DNA of 64,000 bases, taken from contig DASQDR010000048.1 of the NCBI GenBank assembly GCA_035634055.1, forward strand, positions 35,492 through 99,491, given 5' to 3'. Shown here piece after piece: positions 43,668-52,674 of the stretch. The translations under genes and the position numbers were made by a program. How positions within the stretch are numbered: position 1 is the first letter of the stretch; the number at the start of each line of letters is the position of its first letter. A model generated the notes under the pieces. It saw only the letters and a program-made list of their open reading frames with translations. It was not told the origin of the DNA and ran no database searches. This DNA comes from Tepidisphaeraceae bacterium (lineage in GTDB: Bacteria; Planctomycetota; Phycisphaerae; Tepidisphaerales; Tepidisphaeraceae).

Positions 43668-45134
43668 ATGCGGCCGATCCTCTGCTGCGCGATTCTCGCC
43701 TCATTCGCCTGCGGGTGTACGGCGCTGGCGCCGTCGAAGGGCGGCGGGCAGGTGATCCCGTCGGCGTCGCGCCGCGTTAACCCGGCGGACATCGCCGTGC
43801 CGCCCGGCTACCGCGTCGAGGTCGTCGCGACCGGGCTGAACTTCCCCACCGGCGTCGCGTTCGACGACCAGAACCGCCCGTGCGTCACCGAGGCCGGTTA
43901 CAGCTACGGCGAGGTTTTCACCACACCGCGACTCGTGCGCATCGAACCGGGCGGCCGGCTCGCGCCGATCGCCACCGGCAGCCCGGAGGCCGGCCCGTGG
44001 AACGGCGTGGACTTCCGCGACGGCGCGTTCTTCGTCGCCGAGGGGGGCGAGAAGTCCGGCGGGCGCATCTCGCGCATCGACGCCAACGGCACCATCACCC
44101 CGATCGTGCGGAACCTCCCGTCGCTCGGCGATCACCACACCAACGGTCCGGTCGTCTCGGCCGACGGATACGTCTACTTCGGCGTCGGCACCGCCACCAA
44201 CAGCGGCATCGTCGGCGAGGACAATTTTCACTACGGCTGGCTGAAGCGGGTCCCCGATTTCCACGACGTCCCCGCCCGCGCTGTGAAGCTCGTCGGGCAC
44301 AACGTCACCACCGACAATCCCGTGACCGCCGAGCAGGGCGACACCGCGACCACCGGCGCTTACGTCCCCTTCGGCACGCCGACGCAGCCCGGCCAGGTGA
44401 TCAACGGGCGCATGCCGTGCAACGGCGCGGTGATGCGCGTGCGCGCCACCGGCGGTGAGCCGGAACTCGTGGCGTGGGGCATGCGCAACCCGTACGGGCT
44501 GGCGTTCGACGCCGAGGGCAAGCTGCTCGTCGCCGAGAACCAGTTCGACGACCGCGGCAGCCGCCCGGTCTGGGGGGCGGGCGACCTGCTCTGGCGGATC
44601 GACCGGCCCGGCCTGTGGTACGGCTGGCCGGACTTTCACGGCGATCGGCCGCTGGCGTGGAAGGACCATTACCAGCCGCACGGCAAGGACGCGCCGCGCC
44701 CGCTTCTGGCGGAGCGCCCGAACGATCCGCCGGCGCCGGCGGCGGTGCTCGGCGTGCACGCGTCGGCGTGCGGGCTGGACGTCTCCCGCACCGATGCCTT
44801 CGGATTCGCCGGGCAGGCGATGGTCGCGCTGTTCGGCGACATGGCGCCCGAGGTCGGCAAGGTGCTCGAGCCGGTCGGCTACGCTGTCGTGCGCGTCGAT
44901 CCCAGTTCCGGCGTGATCGAATCGTTCGCAGTGAACCGCGGCGGCAAGACCAACGGCCCGGCGTCAAAGCTCAAGACCGGCGGGCTCGAACGCCCCATCG
45001 CCGCGCGCTTCGACCGCACCGGCACGGCGTTGTACGTCGTCGATTTCGGCCAGCTCGCCATCACCCCGACGGGCCCGACGCCGGTGCAGAAGACGGGCGT
45101 GCTCTGGCGGATCACGCGGGAGGCGGCGCGATGA
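43668..45134 (+). CDS. Lipoprotein, soluble PQQ-dependent sugar (sorbosone/glucose) dehydrogenase-like beta-propeller
   Basis: Lipobox-like signal sequence ASFACGC and PGYRVEVVATGLNFPTGVAFDD... It is followed by a translationally coupled cytochrome c. Confidence 0.65.
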   Translation: MRPILCCAILASFACGCTALAPSKGGGQVIPSASRRVNPADIAVPPGYRVEVVATGLNFPTGVAFDDQNRPCVTEAGYSYGEVFTTPRLVRIEPGGRLAPIATGSPEAGPWNGVDFRDGAFFVAEGGEKSGGRISRIDANGTITPIVRNLPSLGDHHTNGPVVSADGYVYFGVGTATNSGIVGEDNFHYGWLKRVPDFHDVPARAVKLVGHNVTTDNPVTAEQGDTATTGAYVPFGTPTQPGQVINGRMPCNGAVMRVRATGGEPELVAWGMRNPYGLAFDAEGKLLVAENQFDDRGSRPVWGAGDLLWRIDRPGLWYGWPDFHGDRPLAWKDHYQPHGKDAPRPLLAERPNDPPAPAAVLGVHASACGLDVSRTDAFGFAGQAMVALFGDMAPEVGKVLEPVGYAVVRVDPSSGVIESFAVNRGGKTNGPASKLKTGGLERPIAARFDRTGTALYVVDFGQLAITPTGPTPVQKTGVLWRITREAAR

Positions 45135-45511
45135 CGTGGGCGCACCGCATCGTCGCCGGCTGCTTTATCGCTGCGAGCATCGTCGCGGGCGCGCTGCTCG
45201 CCCCCGGCTGCGCGTCCGCGCGGCGCGACGAACCGCTCGTCGGCCCGGTCGAGCTGCCGACGCCCGAGCTGCGCATGGGCCAGCAGGTCTTCATGCGGCA
45301 CTGCTACCAGTGCCACCCCGGCGGCCGCGCGGGCGTCGGTCCGGCGCTGAACAACAAGCCGCTCCCGGCGGCGCTGATCAAGACGCAGGTTCGCCAAGGC
45401 CTTGGCGAGATGCCCGCCTTCGGCACCGACATCCTCCGCGAAACCGAGGTCGACGCCGTCGCCGACTACATGATCGCCCTGCGGCAGAACAAGCCGGACA
45501 AGAGGAAGTGA
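45131..45511 (+). CDS. Membrane-anchored mono-haem cytochrome c
   Basis: CYQCH haem-binding motif and a distal Met (GLGEMPAF). ATGA overlaps the upstream stop. Confidence 0.85.
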   Translation: MTWAHRIVAGCFIAASIVAGALLAPGCASARRDEPLVGPVELPTPELRMGQQVFMRHCYQCHPGGRAGVGPALNNKPLPAALIKTQVRQGLGEMPAFGTDILRETEVDAVADYMIALRQNKPDKRK

Positions 45512-45520
45512 CTTCACCCG

Positions 45521-45565
45521 GCCCCGCTCCCGTTGCGCCGGGAGACGCAGCGGGCGGGGTTTTTT
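45521..45565 (+). terminator. Intrinsic terminator after cytochrome c gene
   Basis: GC-rich nested hairpin (CTCCCG ttgcgc CGGGAG within CCCCGC...GCGGGCGGGG) followed by TTTTTT at 45560-45565. Confidence 0.7.
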
Positions 45566-45640
45566 GACGCCCGTCAGGTGGGGCCCGCGGTGTTTTATGC
45601 CGGCGGGAACCGGGCACGGCGATTGCACGGACGCGCTGCA

Positions 45641-47335
<1,695 letters not shown>

Positions 47336-47344
47336 AGTTCAATG

Positions 47345-47523
47345 ATGGGAGGCACGGAGGCACGGAGGCACGGAGGCACGGAGGCACGAAGTGGGTTGAA
47401 GGGGACAAGGGAGGAAGTGAATTCACTCTATCCCTTCTCTCTTATCACTCCCTTCGTGCCTTCGTGCTTCCATTCCCTCCGTCGCTTCGTCCCTCCGTCG
47501 CATCGTCGCTTCTTCCTCCCCCC
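47345..47523. repeat. Intergenic octamer-armed palindromic element (GGAGGCAC)x5 ... GAATTC core ... (CTTCGTGC-type)x9
   Basis: Five perfect GGAGGCAC units at 47348-47387. Core agggaggaagtgaattcac at 47408-47426. Nine 8-nt units at 47452-47523 (cttcgtgc cttcgtgc ttccattc cctccgtc gcttcgtc cctccgtc gcatcgtc gcttcttc ctcccccc). Confidence 0.85.
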
Positions 47524-47559
47524 CTCCATCGCGCCCGCCCCCTTTGGTACATTGCGCCG

Positions 47560-48120
47560 ATGGAGATCCGCGCTGCAACGCAATCCGACCTTGACGGCCT
47601 GCGCGAGATCGACGGGACGGTCGAATCCGCGCAGTACCTCCACCTCGAGCGCACCGGTGAGGGGTTCGCGAGCGGGTGGCAGCTCGAGCAGCGGCCGGCA
47701 CGGCAGAAGACGATCGAGCCGAACCGGCTCGACGACGACGCGTGGTTCACCCTCAAGCAGGTCGCCGGCGGCATCGAGGAGGGGATGGCGCTGATGATCG
47801 AGCACGACGATCAGCCGGTCGCGATGCTGCTGGCCCGCCCGGACCCGGCGGCGGGGACGCTGCGCATCGTCGACCTTCGCGTCGACTACGACTACCGCCG
47901 GCAGGGCATGGGAACCGCGCTGGTCTTCCACCTGATCCAGATGGCGCGCGACGGGGCGTTCCGCGCGATCGGCGCCGAGGCGCTGACGAACAACCTGCCC
48001 GCCAACGCGCTGCTGGCCAGGTGCGGGTTCGAGCTGAGCGGCGTCGACACGCGCCGCCGGACGAACCACGACCTGGTGAAGGAAGCGGTCACGCTTTTCT
48101 GGTACGTTCCGCTGGACTAA
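47560..48120 (+). CDS. GNAT-family N-acetyltransferase
   Basis: Acetyl-CoA motif A RRQGMGTALVFHLIQMARDGAF and NLPANALLARCGFELSG. Confidence 0.85.
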   Translation: MEIRAATQSDLDGLREIDGTVESAQYLHLERTGEGFASGWQLEQRPARQKTIEPNRLDDDAWFTLKQVAGGIEEGMALMIEHDDQPVAMLLARPDPAAGTLRIVDLRVDYDYRRQGMGTALVFHLIQMARDGAFRAIGAEALTNNLPANALLARCGFELSGVDTRRRTNHDLVKEAVTLFWYVPLD

Positions 48121-48171
48121 AGTCCCCCACGTCTCCGGGCCGGATTTCGCGTTCGCCGTCAGACGCCACGC

Positions 48172-49668
48172 ATGAGCGAGAGGACGCCGACAACTTCGTC
48201 CGCGCAGCAACCCCGCACGCCCGCGGGCGGGGACGGGAATGGCGCTGCGCCGCCGTCCGGCGGTGACGCCCAGGCTGGGACGCCCGCCTCGGCGGGCGCC
48301 GCCACGGCCGGTGCGACCGCGACGGCAACCGCCCCGCCCAAGGTGTCGTCCGCCGCCCAGCCGAGCTACCTCGCCCACACCATCGAAGCCATCCCGGCCC
48401 CCGACGGCGCGCAGCTTCTGGCCGACCTGGAGCCGGGGGCCGCGGCGCAGGTGGCGGAGTTCCTCGACCCCGAGACTGCCGGCGACGTGCTCGCCGAGAT
48501 GGAGCCCGTCGCCGCCGCCACCGTCATTACCGACATGGAGCCGCCGGAGGCGGCCATGGTCCTTCAGGAGATGGACCCGGACGACCGGGTCGACATCCTC
48601 GCCCACGTCGCGCCCGAGCGGCGCGAGGCGCTGCTGGAGGAAATGGACGCGCGCGAGGCGGCGGAGGTGCGCCACCTCCGGCAGTACCCGCCTGATTCCG
48701 CCGGCGGCATCATGACCACCGAGGTCACCGCCCTGCCCGACTCGCTCACCGTGCAGCAGGCGATCGAGGAACTGCGCCGGCTGAGCGAAGAGCTCGAGCA
48801 GATGTTCTACGTCTACGTGATCGACCGCCACGGGCACCTCGTTGGCGTGCTGTCGATGCGCGACCTGATCCTCGCCAAGCCAGACCGCCGCATCCGCGAC
48901 ATCATGCACCGCAACGTCACGTCGGTGCAGGCGACCACCGACCAGGAGGACGTGGCGCGGCTGATGCGCAAGTACAAGTACCTGGCCGTCCCGGTTACCG
49001 ACGCGCGGAACCACCTGGTCGGGCTGATCACGGTTGACGACGTGGTGGACGTGATCCAGGACGAGGCGACCGAGGACGTGCAGCGCATGGCGGGCGCGGG
49101 CGCGGAGGAGCGGCTGACCAGCCCGTGGTTCTTCAGCTTCAAGAAGCGGATCTGGTGGCTCCAGGTGAACCTGGCGACCGCCTTCGCCGCCGCCGCCGTG
49201 ATCGCCATGTTCCAGGACGTGATCGAGGAGGTCGCGATCCTGGCCGCGTATCAGACGATCGTCAGCGGCATGGGCGGCAACGCCGGCGCGCAGGCGATGG
49301 CGGTCGCCATCCGCGGGATCGCGCTGGGTGAGGTCGATCGCTCGCTGCTGCGGCGGATCCTGTGGCGCGAATTCCTCGTTGGCTTGCTCAGCGGCCTCAT
49401 TATCGGCGCCACCACCGGCATCATCGCCGCGGTCTTCAACTACTCGGAGCACGGCGTGCTGGTGGGCGTGGTGATCTTCCTGGCGCTGGTGATCAACCAC
49501 GTCGTCGCCTGCACGTCGGGCGTGGCCATCCCGTTCGTGATGCGCTGGCTCGGGTTCGATCCCGCGCAGTCGGCGACCATCTTCGCCACCACCGTCACCG
49601 ACTGCGGCGGCTTCTTCGCCACCCTGGGGCTGGCGGCGCTGGCGCTGCGCTTCTTCCACGGTTCGTGA
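48172..49668 (+). CDS. mgtE: Magnesium transporter MgtE
   Basis: MgtE N-domain, tandem CBS domains, and a TM domain with GMGGNAGAQ and the C-terminal DCGGFFATLGLA motifs. Confidence 0.92.
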   Translation: MSERTPTTSSAQQPRTPAGGDGNGAAPPSGGDAQAGTPASAGAATAGATATATAPPKVSSAAQPSYLAHTIEAIPAPDGAQLLADLEPGAAAQVAEFLDPETAGDVLAEMEPVAAATVITDMEPPEAAMVLQEMDPDDRVDILAHVAPERREALLEEMDAREAAEVRHLRQYPPDSAGGIMTTEVTALPDSLTVQQAIEELRRLSEELEQMFYVYVIDRHGHLVGVLSMRDLILAKPDRRIRDIMHRNVTSVQATTDQEDVARLMRKYKYLAVPVTDARNHLVGLITVDDVVDVIQDEATEDVQRMAGAGAEERLTSPWFFSFKKRIWWLQVNLATAFAAAAVIAMFQDVIEEVAILAAYQTIVSGMGGNAGAQAMAVAIRGIALGEVDRSLLRRILWREFLVGLLSGLIIGATTGIIAAVFNYSEHGVLVGVVIFLALVINHVVACTSGVAIPFVMRWLGFDPAQSATIFATTVTDCGGFFATLGLAALALRFFHGS

Positions 49669-49720
49669 GCGCGAACCTCGCTCGGCGCGATCTGACACGC
49701 GGGCCCCAACGGGCCGCCCA

Positions 49721-50329
49721 TCAATCCTTCTGCTTGGTCGCCCCCAGCTCCTTGGCGATCTCGCTTTCCAGCTCGTCGAGCTTGCTCAGCTCCTGCTTCT
49801 CGCTGGCCAGCACCTCGGCCTGGATCATGCGGTCGATCTCGTCGTCGCTGACGAGCTCCTCGCGGGCGGTGGCGGCGGTGCCGGAGCGGGCGGCGTCCTC
49901 CATCGAGTCCAGGAAGATCTCCATCCGCTCCTCCATCGACCCCGCCTGCGCGACCGCCTTTTCCCACTGCGTCTGCGTCTTGGTCAGGTCCATCTCGCCG
50001 AAGATGTCGCCGATCTGCCGCGCCATGACGTTCATCGATTCGGCGAACTGCTGGCTCGCCTGCGCCTGCTGCTGGATCAGCATCGCGTTGCGGATCGCCA
50101 GCAGTTGCCGCTCGAGCATCTTCTTCACCGCGGCGGTCTTCTTCAGGGCCGATCGGATGAACAGGTACTGCCCGTTGTCGCCGATCTGCTTGGCGTGGCG
50201 GGCGTTGCGGATGAAGTCCTCGGTGAACTTCTCCTGCTGGCGGATCGAGCGCTCGATCGAGCGCATGCCGGCCTTGATCTTCATCTCGCGCTCGATGCGG
50301 CGCTCGTCCTTGCTCTTGAACAGGCCCAT
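49721..50329 (-). CDS. ESCRT-III/Snf7-like coiled-coil protein (PspA/Vipp1 superfamily)
   Basis: MGLFKSKDERRIEREMKIKAGMRSIERS...HAKQIGDNGQYLFIRSALKK... The sequence looks predominantly alpha-helical with heptad-like spacing and an acidic C-terminal third (ELVSDDEIDRMIQAEV...LDELESEIAKEL). GAGGAA lies 7 nt upstream of the ATG at 50329. Confidence 0.65.
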   Translation of the reverse strand: MGLFKSKDERRIEREMKIKAGMRSIERSIRQQEKFTEDFIRNARHAKQIGDNGQYLFIRSALKKTAAVKKMLERQLLAIRNAMLIQQQAQASQQFAESMNVMARQIGDIFGEMDLTKTQTQWEKAVAQAGSMEERMEIFLDSMEDAARSGTAATAREELVSDDEIDRMIQAEVLASEKQELSKLDELESEIAKELGATKQKD

Positions 50330-50404
50330 GTGCGGTTCCTCGCTTGGACGTGTGTGTAACACGGCGCCCGCCGGGCGGGCGAGTGGAAAAGCCGGCTGTC
50401 GATT

Positions 50405-50848
50405 CTAAGGCCGCAGCGGCACGCGGAGCACCAGCCCGATGAGCAGCCCGCCGACGATCATCCAGAACGTCACCGCTTCGTCGCGCGACAGCCCCGCGCC
50501 GAAGGCGCCGAGCACGCAGGCGACGCCGATCGCGAAGATGATCTGGCTCCGCCCGCCGAGCCGGGCGACCGTGGCGGCCCCGGCAGCCCGCACGGACGCG
50601 GCGAACGGACCGGCGGCGGCGGCGAACTCGCTGGCGACGTAGCGAAGCCATGCGACGGCCTTCCAGAACGTCGGGAAGATTGGGTTCACGTCCGACTTGG
50701 CGTACTCGAGCCGAACGTGCGGGTCGCGCGGCGTGCCCGCCCTGCTCGCCGAGCCCGCCGCGCCGCCGGCGCCACCGCCCGCATCGCGAGCGGCTGGTCC
50801 CGCATCCGGTTCCCCCCGCCTCGGCGTTACCACCACGCGCTCGCCCAC
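50405..50848 (-). CDS. Two-TM membrane protein upstream of the ESCRT-III-like gene
   Basis: GGAGGTGAGC precedes the GTG at 50848. C-terminal helices are IIFAIGVACVLGAFGAG and VTFWMIVGGLLIGLVLRV. The N-terminal 45 aa have weaker codon bias, so the start is uncertain. Confidence 0.55.
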   Translation of the reverse strand: MGERVVVTPRRGEPDAGPAARDAGGGAGGAAGSASRAGTPRDPHVRLEYAKSDVNPIFPTFWKAVAWLRYVASEFAAAAGPFAASVRAAGAATVARLGGRSQIIFAIGVACVLGAFGAGLSRDEAVTFWMIVGGLLIGLVLRVPLRP

Positions 50849-50850
50849 GC

Positions 50851-50958
50851 TCACCTCCGCCCTTTGAACTTCTCGATCGCCCAGGCGATCGGCACCAGCG
50901 GCACGAGCAGCGCCCACATGACCCACTCGGCGGCGTTCTTGCGGTGCAGGTTGCTCAT
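50851..50958 (-). CDS. 35-aa single-TM micro-protein, first gene of the putative operon
   Basis: MSNLHRKNAAEWVMWALLVPLVPIAWAIEKFKGRR. Its stop lies 2 nt before the next start. GGAG lies upstream. Confidence 0.4.
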   Translation of the reverse strand: MSNLHRKNAAEWVMWALLVPLVPIAWAIEKFKGRR

Positions 50959-51061
50959 CGCCGGCGTTCGCTCCGCCAGACATGCTAGCGTAAACCGCCG
51001 CGACGCGGGGAGGCCCGGCGGCCGCGTGACCCGGCAGGAGTATGCATCGCAGGGGCTCAAA

Positions 51062-51112
51062 CGAAAAAGGGGCAGGAGCCGGCGCCCGTACAGCGCGCTC
51101 GGCTCCTGCCCC
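51062..51112 (-). terminator. Intrinsic terminator of the RTX-repeat gene
   Basis: 13-bp stem GGGGCAGGAGCCG (51069-51081) pairs with CGGCTCCTGCCCC (51100-51112). On the minus strand it is followed by TTTTTCGTTTG. Confidence 0.8.
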
Positions 51113-51135
51113 GCAATTCTAAGTGCGGCCCGCGA

Positions 51136-52356
51136 TCAGGCGGCCTGGGGCCACTCGACCTTCGCCCACTGCGATTCGCCCGTGCCGATGCTGTAGCGGA
51201 TGAGGGCGAACTTGCCCTCGTCGCCGTGGTCGGCCACCACCGCCTTCACCACCGCACCGGGGTGCTCGGACAGGAACGCCGCGACGGTGGCCGACGGCAG
51301 ATTGCCCGGGGCCACCTCGTAGCTGTCGAGCTCCACGGTCTCCGATTCCTCGAACGGGTGCGAGCCGGTGAAGGTGAAGCGGGCGTGGTAGACGGCGCCG
51401 TCGCCGTTGTAGCGGTAGAGCATCGTGAAGGTGTGGTCGTCGTTGACGCGCACGCCCACCGGCTCGGAATCCGGGAACGTGTCGACGAACGCCTGGCGGT
51501 AGGTCTCGGGGACGTAAGAGAGGTCGACGGGCACGTAGAGGCGGTCCTCGCCGGCGGTCTGGTCGGCGACGAGGTCGAGGACGGCACCGGGGGCGGTGGC
51601 ATCCTCGGAGGCGAAGTCGTCCTGCCCCGCGCCGCCGGAGAGCGCATCGCTGCCGGCGCCGCCGTCAAGCTGGTCGTCGCCGCGCCCGCCGCCGAGGGCG
51701 TCGTCGCCGGCGCCGCCGACGAGATGGTCGAAGCCGCCGTTGCCGTTGAGGGCGTCGTCGCCGGCGTTTCCGTCGGCGAAGTCGTCGCCCGCGCCGCCGG
51801 TGAGGACGTCGTCGCCGTTGCCGCCGTCGAGGGCGTCGTCGCCGTTGCCGCCGACGAGGGTGTCGTTGCCGTCGCCGCCGGCGATGAGGTCGCGAGCGCT
51901 GCCGCCGACGATGCGATCGTTGCCCGCGCCGCCGTCCACGCGATCGCGCCCGCCGCCGCCGAACAGCACGTCATCGGCGCTGCCGCCGATGATCAGGTCG
52001 TTGCCGCCGCCGCCCAGCACCGTCATCGGCACCGAGATGCCGCCGGCCGCGCCGGAGGCGACCACAACGTGATCGCGCCCGCTGCCGACGTCCACCTGGA
52101 TACCGGCGACGGCCGTGCGGTCGAAGGTGCTCCAGGCGCCGTTGACGTTGACGCGGAGCACGCTGGCGTCGCTGGCGTCGCCGGCGATCAGCACGTGGTC
52201 GCCGGCATCGGTGCCGGTGACGTAAAGCTGCGTGCCCGACAGCGCCGCTGAGAAGAGCCGGCGCGCGGCGAGCGGCTCGATGCGAGCGGCCGGGGCCGGG
52301 AAGTTGGACGACTTGGGCGACTTCGACAACGACGAGGAAGGACGGCGGCGGTTCAT
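51136..52356 (-). CDS. Secreted RTX/hemolysin-type calcium-binding repeat protein
   Basis: N-terminal [12 protein letters not shown] motif and at least 10 GGxGxD nonapeptides ([51 protein letters not shown]...). The ATG at 52356 has GGAG upstream. Confidence 0.88.
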   Translation of the reverse strand: MNRRRPSSSLSKSPKSSNFPAPAARIEPLAARRLFSAALSGTQLYVTGTDAGDHVLIAGDASDASVLRVNVNGAWSTFDRTAVAGIQVDVGSGRDHVVVASGAAGGISVPMTVLGGGGNDLIIGGSADDVLFGGGGRDRVDGGAGNDRIVGGSARDLIAGGDGNDTLVGGNGDDALDGGNGDDVLTGGAGDDFADGNAGDDALNGNGGFDHLVGGAGDDALGGGRGDDQLDGGAGSDALSGGAGQDDFASEDATAPGAVLDLVADQTAGEDRLYVPVDLSYVPETYRQAFVDTFPDSEPVGVRVNDDHTFTMLYRYNGDGAVYHARFTFTGSHPFEESETVELDSYEVAPGNLPSATVAAFLSEHPGAVVKAVVADHGDEGKFALIRYSIGTGESQWAKVEWPQAA

Positions 52357-52543
52357 TTCTCTGCTCCGTGGGTGAACATCGCGCGGGCCGCGCGAAACGA
52401 GCGGGCCCACGGTGGAGCTATCGGAACGCCGCGGGCGCGGGTTAACCGGGCGGTGCGGGATAACGCGAATAACGGGACGGGTTCGCCGGGCGCGACGCCG
52501 TAGCGGCGACGCTTGCGTCGTCCTTCGCCGACCCGAAATAGAA

Positions 52544-52563
52544 GGCGAGTCAGGCCTCGCCCC
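52544..52563. repeat. REP-like hairpin (copy 2 of GGCGAG..GCCTCGCCCC), possible terminator of the giant gene
   Basis: GGCGAGTCAGGCCTCGCCCC. On the minus strand it is followed by TTCTATTTCGGG. Confidence 0.55.
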
Positions 52564-52674
52564 CAACGGGTGATGATGGTCCTGGATCCGTATAACGCGT
52601 CGGCCGGGACGGCTGCGCGTGTCGCTGGGGCTGCCGCGTCATCGGGGTCGCCGGCAGGTGAAGAAAGCGGATCC

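Noticed and set aside
44474-45511. 345-aa ORF spanning the PQQ-dehydrogenase 3' half and the cytochrome c gene
   Set aside because: Only the last 126 codons (from the ATG at 45131) are meaningful (CYQCH cytochrome c). The upstream part is an out-of-frame shadow of the dehydrogenase gene.
48121-48171. M-box (Mg2+) riboswitch upstream of mgtE
   Set aside because: Only about 50 nt of leader are available and no M-box-like conserved segments were recognisable.
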